From Candidatus Latescibacterota bacterium (GTDB lineage: Bacteria; Latescibacterota; UBA2968; UBA8231), in assembly GCA_965208105.1 (NCBI GenBank), contig OZ242318.1:4608001-4672000 (forward strand): 64,000 nucleotides of DNA, in the 5' to 3' direction. The notes under the pieces were generated by a model. It was not told the origin of the DNA. It searched no databases and was given only the letters and a program-made list of their open reading frames with translations. Positions 1 through 9,294 of the stretch are shown here, in pieces (within the stretch, counting starts at the first letter, position 1; every line of letters starts with the position of its first letter). The position numbers were made by a program, and so were the translations under genes.

Positions 1-1857
1 CCGAATCGTGGTGTGCGGGCGGTATTGAAGACGGAGGCGATGGTGCTCTACGACGACGCCACTCTCTACGTAGGCTTCCGCTGCTTCGAGCCGGACATGA
101 CCCTTCTGCGCGAGACCCTGACCCGCCGGGACTCGCGCATCTGGCACGACGACGCGGTGGAAGTGGTGCTCGACACCTACGACGACGATCGCAACGGCTA
201 CGTGTTCGGGGTCAATACCCTGGGAACCCAGATGGATGAACACATCGGCAACGAGTCGGTCTTTACCATGACCTGGGATGCCCGATGGGACGTCCGCGTG
301 GCGAAGGGAGAGGACTTCTGGACCGCTGAATTCGCCATTCCGTTCTCCGAGCTGCGCTTCTCCACGGGCAACTCGACCTGGGGGATCAATTTCTGGCGCG
401 CCCATCCCATAGACGGAGAATCCTATTCCTGGTCCGATACGGGTGGGAAATTCGGCAGAATCTCGGAGTTCGGCGAGCTGCGAGGTCTTTCACTCGGCGC
501 CGCGGCGAAACAGAGGAAGCTGGGCATTCTCCCCTATGCCACCTATCGCGCCCTGGAGGAGTTGCCGGACGACCGCGGCTACGGAGTGGATTTCCTGATC
601 CAGCCCTCCACCAACTTCACTACCAACCTCACCCTCAACCCGGATTTCTCCCAGCTGGAGAGCGATCCCACCCTGATCGATTTGACCAGTGACCGCGAGC
701 TGTCTCTGCCGGAACGCCGGCCCTTCTTTCGCGATGGGGCGGATCTTTTCCGGCTTCCCCTGAACCTGTTCTACAGCCGGCGGGTTCAGGAAATTGACCT
801 GGGATTGAAGACGAGCGGCAAAATAGGGGACTACAACTTTGCCGTGCTCGACACCTACGGCAAATTGATCGACCGCTACGACGGCGACCGCAAGAAACAG
901 GCCAACCTTTTGAATGTCCGGGTCAATCGCGACCTGGGGGAGCGGGCGGTCGTAGGTTTCATGGGGGTTCAAAAGCACCAGGCGGACCGGGACTTGAGCC
1001 TGGTCTCAATGAACGGGCGGATCGCTCTGCGGAGGGACTGGTCCACTCAAATGCAGTATGTGATGAACCACGTGGGAGACGGCCTGCACTGGGCTTATCA
1101 CGCTTCCTCCAACTGGTCCAACGAGCAGGGTCTGTTCGCCAACCTCTCGCTGTCAGAGATTCAGGACGGGTTCCGCCCCAACGAGACGGGGCTGGAAGAC
1201 GAGGCCTACCGCAAATGGGTCGGGAGGCTCGGATACAGACATGAGTACCCGGAGGACCGCAGGCTGCAGTCCTATTTGATCAGGGCAACGTTTTACCACC
1301 AGACCGATGAGGACCAAAAGGTCCGGGAAAGGTACTCTTCGCTCTGGGGTAGCGTGAACGCGGATAGATTTGAATTCGTCGCCGTAGGCCGCCTGGGAGA
1401 ACAACGCGACGACGCCTTGTTCGATTGGAGAGAACTCAACCTGCAGGCGAGGTACAGCTCGACCTGGAGTGAGTTCATACTTTTCCAGAAGATCGGCAGG
1501 CGGCTGGACCGCAACGTTCGGCAGACCGACCTGAGGGCAGATGCCACCCTTTTCGACAAGGCTACCCTCTCGTTTTTCGGCGGCAGAGCTTATTGGCAGG
1601 GGAATCGCGAGACATGGTTCCTGCGCTTCAGCGCCAATTATCAGTTCACCCGCAAGGCCTCGAGCCGCATCTACTACGAGCGCATCGACGAGCGTCTCGC
1701 GCAGCGGGTGGATCACAATTTCAACTGTGTGCTGGACTACGAGTTCACGCCGGAGAGTCACTTCTACCTGGTTTTCCAGCGCACCCAGGACAGCCGCCGG
1801 GCGATCTTCGCCAAGCTGGCCTATCTCTTCGACACGAACCTCCTCGGCCGGCGCTGA
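1..1857 (+). CDS. DUF5916 / CBM9-like domain plus predicted outer-membrane beta-barrel protein (5' partial)
   Basis: Frame is open from base 1. CBM9-like N-terminus (YDDATLYVGF, WTAEFAIPF), DUF5916 motifs (TLNPDFSQLESD, LPERRPFF, LFYSRR), amphipathic beta strands and a terminal FAKLAYLF. Confidence 0.75.
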   Translation, partial: PNRGVRAVLKTEAMVLYDDATLYVGFRCFEPDMTLLRETLTRRDSRIWHDDAVEVVLDTYDDDRNGYVFGVNTLGTQMDEHIGNESVFTMTWDARWDVRVAKGEDFWTAEFAIPFSELRFSTGNSTWGINFWRAHPIDGESYSWSDTGGKFGRISEFGELRGLSLGAAAKQRKLGILPYATYRALEELPDDRGYGVDFLIQPSTNFTTNLTLNPDFSQLESDPTLIDLTSDRELSLPERRPFFRDGADLFRLPLNLFYSRRVQEIDLGLKTSGKIGDYNFAVLDTYGKLIDRYDGDRKKQANLLNVRVNRDLGERAVVGFMGVQKHQADRDLSLVSMNGRIALRRDWSTQMQYVMNHVGDGLHWAYHASSNWSNEQGLFANLSLSEIQDGFRPNETGLEDEAYRKWVGRLGYRHEYPEDRRLQSYLIRATFYHQTDEDQKVRERYSSLWGSVNADRFEFVAVGRLGEQRDDALFDWRELNLQARYSSTWSEFILFQKIGRRLDRNVRQTDLRADATLFDKATLSFFGGRAYWQGNRETWFLRFSANYQFTRKASSRIYYERIDERLAQRVDHNFNCVLDYEFTPESHFYLVFQRTQDSRRAIFAKLAYLFDTNLLGRR

Positions 1858-1882
1858 TGGCAAAACATATAGGGATAATCAC

Positions 1883-2530
1883 ATGAGTCATTTCTACCTG
1901 TTCGGCGTGCTCGCGATTCTCCTGGCCGCGACCCCTCCCCCCGAAGCGGCGGCAGGTCCGGAGGACGACTATGGACGCAGCCGCCCCGGAGGCCTCAGAA
2001 TTCCCTGGGAGTCGCTTCTCCACGGTGACCGATTGGACGGATGGAGCACTACCGCAGCTTCAGGCGAGTGGTCCCGCGACGGTGATACAGTGGTTGGGAA
2101 CCTCGATGGCCAACGCAAATCCCACGTGTTCCAGGGCGATTCCACCTGGAAGAACTACGAGTATTCGCTTATGGTCACGCTTGACGAAGGTTCGAGCATG
2201 CAGTTCCCGTTCCGCGTCTCAGACGACAGGAGAGGTTTCTACTTTGTTGAATTCGATTTCGACTGGCAGACGATAAACGTGACGTTGCGCGAGCCTGACG
2301 TTCGTGGCGTCACCAAACTCAGCGTCGTCAACTATCCGCTCGAGAAAGGTCGCGAGTACCACCTTGTCATCTCGGCACGGCACCGCTCACTGACCACCTA
2401 CGTCCATGGCAAGCTCATCAACCAGGTTGCGGATGCAAGCTACGACTCGGGCGGGGTGGGAATCGGGATGTGGTGGGACACCCGGGCCAAATACCGCGAT
2501 CCCAAGATACGCCACTATAAATGGCCCTAG
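1883..2530 (+). CDS. Secreted DUF1080 (3-keto-disaccharide hydrolase-like) protein
   Basis: ATG 1883 with signal peptide; LLHGDRLDGW, W.NYE and GGVGIG..KYRD pattern. The ORF-track extension to 1541 overlaps the previous gene. Confidence 0.65.
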   Translation: MSHFYLFGVLAILLAATPPPEAAAGPEDDYGRSRPGGLRIPWESLLHGDRLDGWSTTAASGEWSRDGDTVVGNLDGQRKSHVFQGDSTWKNYEYSLMVTLDEGSSMQFPFRVSDDRRGFYFVEFDFDWQTINVTLREPDVRGVTKLSVVNYPLEKGREYHLVISARHRSLTTYVHGKLINQVADASYDSGGVGIGMWWDTRAKYRDPKIRHYKWP

Positions 2531-2694
2531 TGTCCCGTCGCAGAAATATGTCGACATTATTCCGCCGATCCATCCCGGCTCACGGCGTTGCCTTCACTCG
2601 CCGTACACCACTGGTACGGCTCGCTCAGGCGCCTTGTGCGCTGGGCGCCTCGGCGGCCCAATTTCGTCAACCTATCTTTGCGATGGAACACTAG
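2527..2694. mobile_element. MITE/ERIC-like palindromic element bounded by CTAG
   Basis: Ends CTAGTGTCCCGTCGCAGAAATATGTCGAC vs reverse complement CTAGTGTTCCATCGCAAAGATAGGTTGAC (23/29 by eye); nested inner stems such as GCCGTAC/GTACGGC; non-coding. Confidence 0.65.
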
Positions 2695-2870
2695 CTGGGA
2701 ACAAAGAATCGAGAACTTAAAGAGGTTTCTTGGAACGAGGTGGTAGCGAGTACTGACGCTTGACACGCCCGTACCAGCTTCGTCGCGCTTGCGCCTTCGC
2801 CCAACCGTTCGCGGTGCGGGGTTACTGAAACGTCGATTGAAATGCAATTCAGGCAGTTCTCGAAGGCAGG

Positions 2871-3665
2871 TTGACGTTGATAGTCGAGGAGCTACCGGGT
2901 CCGGTCCGAGCCCATCTGAAGGGTTTCGCCTCGAGTGGCGACAACCTCAGGACTGAATCGTGCGCCGACGTGTTCTCATTTGCTCACCCGAGCAAGCCGG
3001 GTTTGTTCCTCAAAATCAGAGATGCGCTCGCCGCGCCCCAGGAATCTGATCTTCGCGCCGAAGAAGAGGCCATGTCCTGGTTGCAAGGCAGGCTGAGTGT
3101 GCCCAGGGTGGTATGCTTCCACGAGGAAAACAATACGCAGTACCTGCTGATGACCCGAATAGCCGGGGTCGATGGTACCCACGAAGACGCCAGGACAAAT
3201 ATCCCGAGGCTGCTGCGCATGTTCGCTCATGGACTTCGCGATATCCACGCAATTCCAGTCGATTCGTGCCCGTTGGATTGGCGTTTTGAACGCTATTTTG
3301 CGTGGGTGACAGATCTGATTGATTCAGGAGTGCTGGATGGCCGGATACCCGAAGGGGGCAGCAGAAATGTCCTGAAGTCTGAACTGGCAAGAATACGAGC
3401 CCACCTGCCGCCAGAAGACCTGGTGTTTACCCACGGGGATTATTGCCTTCCCAATGTCATGATCCTCAAGGGCCACCTCAGTGGCTACATTGATTGGGGA
3501 TATGCAGGAATTGGAGACCGATATCTCGACTTTGTCGCCGCCTACTACACTATTCGCAGAAATCTGGGCGCTGAGTGGGTCCCCTTGTTTTTCCGGGAGT
3601 ATGGACAGGAGTTGGATCAGGCCAAGCTGGGCGTGTACCAAAGGATCCATGACTTCGTGGACTAG
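2871..3665 (+). CDS. Aminoglycoside 3'-phosphotransferase APH(3') family
   Basis: LFLK, HGDYCLPNV catalytic loop, IDWG, GIGDRY.D, CPLDW; 264 aa, typical length. Confidence 0.85.
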   Translation: MTLIVEELPGPVRAHLKGFASSGDNLRTESCADVFSFAHPSKPGLFLKIRDALAAPQESDLRAEEEAMSWLQGRLSVPRVVCFHEENNTQYLLMTRIAGVDGTHEDARTNIPRLLRMFAHGLRDIHAIPVDSCPLDWRFERYFAWVTDLIDSGVLDGRIPEGGSRNVLKSELARIRAHLPPEDLVFTHGDYCLPNVMILKGHLSGYIDWGYAGIGDRYLDFVAAYYTIRRNLGAEWVPLFFREYGQELDQAKLGVYQRIHDFVD

Positions 3666-3726
3666 GAGAGGTGTCATGCGTTGGCCGGCGTACGCACCGG
3701 CTAGTGATCGGGCCGAGTCCCAATTC

Positions 3727-3828
3727 CTTTAACACTTCGGTACCTCGGCGCCTCATAGGCGCCTTGGCCCATACGGGCAACCTCTTTCGCTACGCACCGG
3801 GGGTTCGGTAACAGAGAAAACGTTATTG
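3727..3828 (+). repeat. Degenerate attC-like site
   Basis: CTTTAAC ... TCGGTACC / GGTAACAGA ... GTTATTG with internal hairpin GGCGCC-TCATA-GGCGCC, between two unrelated genes. Confidence 0.45.
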
Positions 3829-3869
3829 GAAACGTGCGCGACAGGGAACGGGGAAGTGAGGCAGATAGC

Positions 3870-4403
3870 GTGGAATCCAAGCCTACCCTGAGTAATCGCC
3901 TCTACTACGAGGATTTAGACCAAGGTACGGTCGAGTTCGTACGGACCCTATACTCGGACTGGGACGTCTCAAGACATTTGTCGCGGGTTCCATTCCCTTT
4001 CAATCGCAACGACGCCGAAGAACTGGTCGCCGAGATGGCATCGGCTCGTGTTGCTGGCGATGCCTTTGCTTTCGTGATCAAGGAACGGTCGACTGACGCG
4101 GAAGTGGGTCTCATCGTGCTCAGAAGGTTGGAGGACTTGACGCTTCTGGGGTATTCTATCATTCCATCTCGGTGGAACATGGGATATGCCACGGAGGCGG
4201 CCAAAGCGATGACCGAATTCGCTTTCAGCGCGTTAGGGGCAAGCACAATTCAAGCGAGTACCACTGCAGAGAATATTGCTTCCGTGAGGGTTTTGGATAA
4301 ACTTGGATTCAAGGTGCATGAAAGGGATGTTCCCGAGAGCACTGTTCACAGTGGCGTTAGACCAGTTCAACGGTTCAGAATTTACAAAGAACCCTGGAAT
4401 TAG
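3870..4403 (+). CDS. GNAT acetyltransferase, RimJ/RimL family
   Basis: LGYSI...WNMGYATEA and ENIASVRVLDKLGF; start GTG 3870 or 3834. Confidence 0.85.
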   Translation: MESKPTLSNRLYYEDLDQGTVEFVRTLYSDWDVSRHLSRVPFPFNRNDAEELVAEMASARVAGDAFAFVIKERSTDAEVGLIVLRRLEDLTLLGYSIIPSRWNMGYATEAAKAMTEFAFSALGASTIQASTTAENIASVRVLDKLGFKVHERDVPESTVHSGVRPVQRFRIYKEPWN

Positions 4404-4425
4404 TCGGATTTTCAAGCGCACGATC

Positions 4426-4519
4426 CGGTAACAAGGTTGTGCTTGGCTGCGGCGCTGCTCGCGCCTCGACCTTCAGCAACCCAGTGCCCGGGATTTGCAA
4501 GTGGCGGAAAACGTTAAAT
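4426..4519 (+). repeat. Degenerate attC-like site
   Basis: CGGTAAC at left, perfect GTTRRRY (GTTAAAT, 4513-4519) at right, wobble-paired arms TTGTGCTTG / CAAGTGGCGG. Confidence 0.45.
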
Positions 4520-4579
4520 GAACGTGAGGTCAGGGCCAACCAGGAATTTTCAGAAATCCTGATCAAAGGGATCCCTTTG

Positions 4580-5860
4580 ATGCAAACGATCAGCGACAGC
4601 TTTTTGGGAAAGCAGATTCTTTGGCACGCGACCACTCGGGAAAACGCGGACGCGATCCGCAGAGAAGGATTCCGTCCAGCTCGGAAGTCCGGTCATAACC
4701 TGATCCGTCAGGCGACTTGGTTCTATCACGTCACGACATTTACTGAGGGCGGCGATACCGGACCTGACGTCGGCTTCGTTGTATCGGTCGATCTGATCTT
4801 GTATGAGCGCGGCCGGGATTACGCGCATGAAATGGAGAACACTGTAGTGTTCAAAGTCCCGCTACCACCCGATTGCCTCGTGGCGACACTGAACTGGCCC
4901 CAGATTACGGGCGCGCCGGCAGTGGTGGAGGCCCTTGGCAGCCAGTGGCAGGGCGACGTGATTTCCGACCTTGAAGAGTGTTGCTGCAACCCAGAAATCA
5001 CATGGTCCCAAAAGAAAAGCATCTCAGAGATGCTGTGGAGTTTGGCTCCGAACCGCTACTTTGATTCGGGCGTACTATGCCATCTGCTCGCTGCAGAGGT
5101 GCCGGGATTGAGCATCGACGAGGCCCAACGACATGCTTCGCTACTTCTCGAGCATTGTCCGAGATTTCTGAGTTCACTACTCCGACTTTATCACAAGACG
5201 TTTCTGAGTCCCCGTCTGGCTCGCGCAACAATGATTGCGGCTGGGAGGCATCTGCCGCCCGCGGGTGTGCTTGCCCTCGCTGAGGGCTTACCATCCTCAA
5301 AGGATTCTTGCCCAGAGGCAACGGAGGTCGCGAACTTCGCGCGAGCGATTCTCCCCAAACTTCCCACGGATGAACTCGTTCGCGGAGCTATCGAAATGGC
5401 GTCCATGCGTCATTTCCCAGGTAAAGATGCCGATTTTCAATATATCGGCGATTGGGTGGCCGAACGGGCAAACGAGGCAGAGGAAGCGGCATTTCACTAC
5501 ATCAAGTTTGCGGGTGATTCCTTTCCCGCGCGACATGCGGCGCACATAGCAAGAGATCTGGCCGTGCGGATCCTTCGAGAGATCGGCAAGGATTATTTCG
5601 AAAGCCTGATCGCCCTGGGCGATACGGACGATCTTGAGATATTATCTGGCGTAATCCGGGCCTTTGCTGATTTCCGCGACCAAAGGGCAGTACCTTTCCT
5701 TGCTTCCCGTCTCAGGGATGCCCGAAAGGGTCCGCGCTCCCAGGCAGTGCGTGCGTTGGGTAGTATCGGCACTCCCGAAGCCCTGGCTGCAGTGCGGTCC
5801 ATTGCCAACGATAAAAGGAAGGTTGTGCGGAAGGCGGTGCAACAGGCGCTGGAGGTGTGA
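4580..5860 (+). CDS. HEAT-repeat protein with N-terminal Tpt1/KptA-like ADP-ribosyltransferase-fold domain
   Basis: N-terminal LWHATT..NA.AI.REGF.P and VVSVDL...N.VV...LPP; C-terminal HEAT/PBS repeats (AVPFLASRLRD, RSQAVRALGSIG, VRKAVQQAL). ATG 4580 follows AAAGGG. Confidence 0.55.
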   Translation: MQTISDSFLGKQILWHATTRENADAIRREGFRPARKSGHNLIRQATWFYHVTTFTEGGDTGPDVGFVVSVDLILYERGRDYAHEMENTVVFKVPLPPDCLVATLNWPQITGAPAVVEALGSQWQGDVISDLEECCCNPEITWSQKKSISEMLWSLAPNRYFDSGVLCHLLAAEVPGLSIDEAQRHASLLLEHCPRFLSSLLRLYHKTFLSPRLARATMIAAGRHLPPAGVLALAEGLPSSKDSCPEATEVANFARAILPKLPTDELVRGAIEMASMRHFPGKDADFQYIGDWVAERANEAEEAAFHYIKFAGDSFPARHAAHIARDLAVRILREIGKDYFESLIALGDTDDLEILSGVIRAFADFRDQRAVPFLASRLRDARKGPRSQAVRALGSIGTPEALAAVRSIANDKRKVVRKAVQQALEV

Positions 5861-5905
5861 GAACATCGGGGAGAGTTTAGGTGCCCCTGAGAATTATCCC
5901 TCCTC

Positions 5906-6002
5906 GTTTAGCCGCTCGGTTTCGCGCCGTGACCCTGTCGCTTCTTGGCCTTCGGCAATCCCTCGAAAAGCTCAGGGCGCGCAAACCGGCAGATCGTTAA
6001 GT
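5906..6002 (+). repeat. attC-like site (best preserved)
   Basis: GTTTAGC (one change from RYYYAAC); 12-bp stem CGGTTTCGCGCC / GGCGCG(C)AAACCG with one extra-helical base; 7-nt spacer; GTTAAGT = GTTRRRY. Confidence 0.6.
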
Positions 6003-6039
6003 ACAATCGCTCGAGCGCTCAGGTTGTCCCGCTCGAATC

Positions 6040-6819
6040 ATGGTTTCAATGGCATACGACGGCATGCAACTAAATTCAGCGGATTTCGCTGAGCTCGCGA
6101 ATACTCTGGGTGACACCCCCGAGACTGCGGTGTCGGTATACCTTTTGAGAAAACGACTGTGCAAGGCCTTTGTCGCAGGAAGTCCCACCTCATTCAGCGC
6201 GGCTATCGTCCAAGGCCGCTTCGATTCAGAAGAACCCATGGGATTTGGTGCCGATCCACGATCACTTTGGGAATTGCTCCGGTTGGTGCAGGGTTGGGGT
6301 TGTATCAGTGTGCCTTCACAATGCGCCAGACCGCTTGGTGATCTGCTGGAGAATTCCTACGGAGTAAAAGTACGCTACTACGGCGACGTCTATCATTCGT
6401 TGGCGAGGCCGGTCAGATTGTTCACCGATGAACTTGTCCGCGAATTGACCATGCAGGACCTGCCCTTGATTGCCTCCGCACCCGCCGAGATTCAGGGTGG
6501 TGGCTACGAGGATGCGGGAGCGATGCTCTCTGAGGGAATTGTTGCGGGAGCTGTTGATGGGGGACGGTTGGTGTCAATAGCCCACACGAGCGGGGTCACT
6601 GATCTTCATGGCGAAATCGGGGTCGGCACTCTTGAACCCTGGCGCAAAAGAGGCCTGTGCAGTGCCGCCGCCTCGATAGTATCGAATCGGCTCCAGGAAG
6701 GGGGACGGGTCCCGGTTTGGAGCACAGGAGAGGACAACCTGGCCTCTTTGCGAGTTGCAGCGAAACTCGGCTTTCGAGAGGTCTCCCGCAGGACCTACGT
6801 GATTCAGGTCAGGGGTTGA
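6040..6819 (+). CDS. GNAT family N-acetyltransferase
   Basis: EIGVGTLEPWRKRGL and WST..DNLASLRVAAKLGF. Confidence 0.85.
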   Translation: MVSMAYDGMQLNSADFAELANTLGDTPETAVSVYLLRKRLCKAFVAGSPTSFSAAIVQGRFDSEEPMGFGADPRSLWELLRLVQGWGCISVPSQCARPLGDLLENSYGVKVRYYGDVYHSLARPVRLFTDELVRELTMQDLPLIASAPAEIQGGGYEDAGAMLSEGIVAGAVDGGRLVSIAHTSGVTDLHGEIGVGTLEPWRKRGLCSAAASIVSNRLQEGGRVPVWSTGEDNLASLRVAAKLGFREVSRRTYVIQVRG

Positions 6820-6922
6820 ACGATGGTGCGCGGAAGCTACTGCACTTGTTGCGGGAAGCGGCAGATAGTTGACATTGATTGCGCCGTTTTCCCCTATGCC
6901 GGACGGAAGGAGGAAATTTATC

Positions 6923-8065
6923 GTGCCTGCCCTGGCGACCACCGTGATCGTCCCAATCCTCATCTTCGTCCTTGCTGAGAAAACGCACGGCGAGGAGATG
7001 GATTCGAAGACTTTGCCAGAAGAGGTCCAATCCATGAACGTGATGGTAGATGTCAAACCGGCCGACCGCGGCAAGACACTTCCTTCCTGCCTCGTTCCCC
7101 TGATGCAGACCCTTGGCCGGCCGCAGTGGTCCGTAGACCGGCTGAAGGGGATCATGGGCCACGCCTTCCACTTCGAGATGAAGGAGGGAGGCGGACCCCT
7201 CATGCACGACAACCTCGACTGGGGGCCTGCGCTGGACTTCCTTCCCCAGCTGGCGGTGTTCCGTACCTTCGAAGCAACCAAGCGCGATACGGGCGCCGAT
7301 CTGCCTGCGCTCAAGCGGGAGTCGAGAGACGCGGTGCGGACGAGTCTGCAGCGAGGCATCCCCGTTCTGGCATGGCAGCCGATGAGTCTCGAACAGAAGG
7401 CGAGCGACCACCCAGCGCACAGCGCCTACTGCTGGGGTTTGATCGTGGGATACAATGTAGAGGATGAGACCTACTCGGTCCGTCATCCATTCGTAGCGGA
7501 CACCTACACCGTTCGATATGACGCCATCGGACATACCGACCCGGCCGAGTGGTTCAATATCACCGTCTTCGACCAGCCGGCCTCAGTCAACGAGAAGAAG
7601 TTGCATTTGGATGCTCTCAGGAACGCGGTCGCCTTTGCCCACGAAACCCGGTTTGCGGCCGATGTCGAAAGGGATGCGAAGCGCCGGGAGAGTCCACACG
7701 GCTTCTCGGCATACGAACTCTGGCAAGAAGCATTTCAGTCGGAGGACGTTCCGCTGGAACCTTCGCGCTACCACGCGCATGTCCTGAGGGAGAGGCGCAT
7801 TTCCGCCGCAGCCTACCTCCGGGGTCTCGTCCCCCATTTTCCCCAGGCGGCCGAACCGCTCGATGCAGCGGCTGCCCATTACGACCGTGAGCTGCAGTCA
7901 CTGAATAAGCTGTACGATCTCTGCGCCGCAGCGAAAGACCGGGGAGCATTCAGACCGGGGGACCGTGAAGAGGCACAAAGGTTGATCGCTGCGGCGTTGA
8001 AGGCGGACCGGGAGGCAATCGCCGGCATCGAGGCGACGCTCGCTCTTATCGACGGGAGGCTCTAA
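6923..8065 (+). CDS. Hypothetical exported protein, BtrH-N / papain-like fold candidate
   Basis: AAGGAGG RBS before GTG 6923; hydrophobic N-terminus; MGHAF, RGIPVLAW, WGLIVGYN; helical C-terminus. Confidence 0.5.
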   Translation: MPALATTVIVPILIFVLAEKTHGEEMDSKTLPEEVQSMNVMVDVKPADRGKTLPSCLVPLMQTLGRPQWSVDRLKGIMGHAFHFEMKEGGGPLMHDNLDWGPALDFLPQLAVFRTFEATKRDTGADLPALKRESRDAVRTSLQRGIPVLAWQPMSLEQKASDHPAHSAYCWGLIVGYNVEDETYSVRHPFVADTYTVRYDAIGHTDPAEWFNITVFDQPASVNEKKLHLDALRNAVAFAHETRFAADVERDAKRRESPHGFSAYELWQEAFQSEDVPLEPSRYHAHVLRERRISAAAYLRGLVPHFPQAAEPLDAAAAHYDRELQSLNKLYDLCAAAKDRGAFRPGDREEAQRLIAAALKADREAIAGIEATLALIDGRL

Positions 8066-8103
8066 AGGACCTCAACCGCCAGCAGGAAAGGATTCGTGCT
8101 AAA

Positions 8104-8601
8104 ATGCGATTTTGGATCGACACCGAGTACCACGACACCGGAAAGCATGTGGAGCTCATCAGCCTTGGCGCCCTGGCGGAGGACGGCCGCGAGTTCTATG
8201 CCATCTCGACCGAGTTCACCCCCGGCGAACTGCTCCCCTGGACAAAGGAGAACGTGCTCCCGCATTTGTCCCCGCGGGATTCCGGGGACTGGAAGAGCCT
8301 GCAGGAAATCGGGTCGGATTTTCTAGCCTTTGTCGGCGATTCCCCGGCCGAGTTCTGGTCCTACATCGCTACCTACGACTGGTACCTGGTCACCAGGTTG
8401 CTGCCCTATGGCCTGAACGGCCTGCCGGAAAACTGGCCATTCGAGTGCTGGGATCTGCATCAGTGGTCTTGGCGGCTCGGCAATCCCGAGTTGCCCGAAC
8501 CGGAAAATGAGGCCCATCACGCCCTGAGCGACGCCCATTGGCACCGTCAGGTGTACGAGTTCCTGGCGGCCTACGAGAATTCAAACCGGGGAATGAAGTA
8601 A
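8104..8601 (+). CDS. 3'-5' exoribonuclease, DEDDh, RNase AS/Rv2179c-like
   Basis: IDTEY, LISLG, YDW and HHALSDA motifs. Confidence 0.8.
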   Translation: MRFWIDTEYHDTGKHVELISLGALAEDGREFYAISTEFTPGELLPWTKENVLPHLSPRDSGDWKSLQEIGSDFLAFVGDSPAEFWSYIATYDWYLVTRLLPYGLNGLPENWPFECWDLHQWSWRLGNPELPEPENEAHHALSDAHWHRQVYEFLAAYENSNRGMK

Positions 8602-8727
8602 GAAAACTCCTGCCAGCGCGTTCGTGTCCGGGTTCAGTCTTCGGACCTGAGCGCAACTTCCGCGCGGTTGGGCGCGAAAATCAAATGATCGGGGAGGTCG
8701 GGGCCAACGTGGATTCAGCAGTGGTCC

Positions 8728-9294
8728 CTAAACGATTTCGGCAGTATCTCGCAGGCGGTTCCACATTTGCTCGACACCCAAAGCGACCGCCCATTTATTC
8801 AGGTAGTTCAGATCCAAACCGGCGTGTTGAACTTCAAAGATGCGCAAGGCATCCGTGAACTGTTTCTCGCTTCCTCCCGACTTCACTGCCCATTGCAATT
8901 TAGCAAGAATGGTATCTTCGGGACTGGATATTTTCAAGTTCACTCCCAACACGTTTTCTGCGTACTTGCGCGTAAAACGCGACTGATCGAAGGCTTGTTC
9001 GGTCAAAACCCAAAAGTCTACTTTATCCCCTTCTACTAGATCTATCAGGTTGAACATCGACCTGTCGGAAATGGCTTCTCGCATGGATTCTGCATCCAGG
9101 TAGTAGGCGGGTGGCGGAAAGGCACCAACCAGGTTCTCGATGTCAGTTTCTTGCATGGCAACAACCACATCGATGTCATGGGTCGATCGCGGTTCCCCCT
9201 GAAGACTCGAAGCCACGGAACCGGTAATCATGTGGTCGATGTCGTAGCGGGCAAGCGTTTCCACGACCTTTTTCAGTAGTTCCTGTTGTGACAT
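8728..9294 (-). CDS. Nucleotidyltransferase, MenT1/DUF6036-like putative toxin
   Basis: GSVAS...GEPRSTHDID, KVDF, EDTILAKL, KQFTD; overlaps the upstream small gene. Confidence 0.7.
   Translation of the reverse strand: MSQQELLKKVVETLARYDIDHMITGSVASSLQGEPRSTHDIDVVVAMQETDIENLVGAFPPPAYYLDAESMREAISDRSMFNLIDLVEGDKVDFWVLTEQAFDQSRFTRKYAENVLGVNLKISSPEDTILAKLQWAVKSGGSEKQFTDALRIFEVQHAGLDLNYLNKWAVALGVEQMWNRLRDTAEIV

Noticed and set aside
2720-2845. attC-like site upstream of the APH gene
   Set aside because: Only weak remnants (GGAAC ... AACGTCG) with poor arm pairing; not called as a separate feature.
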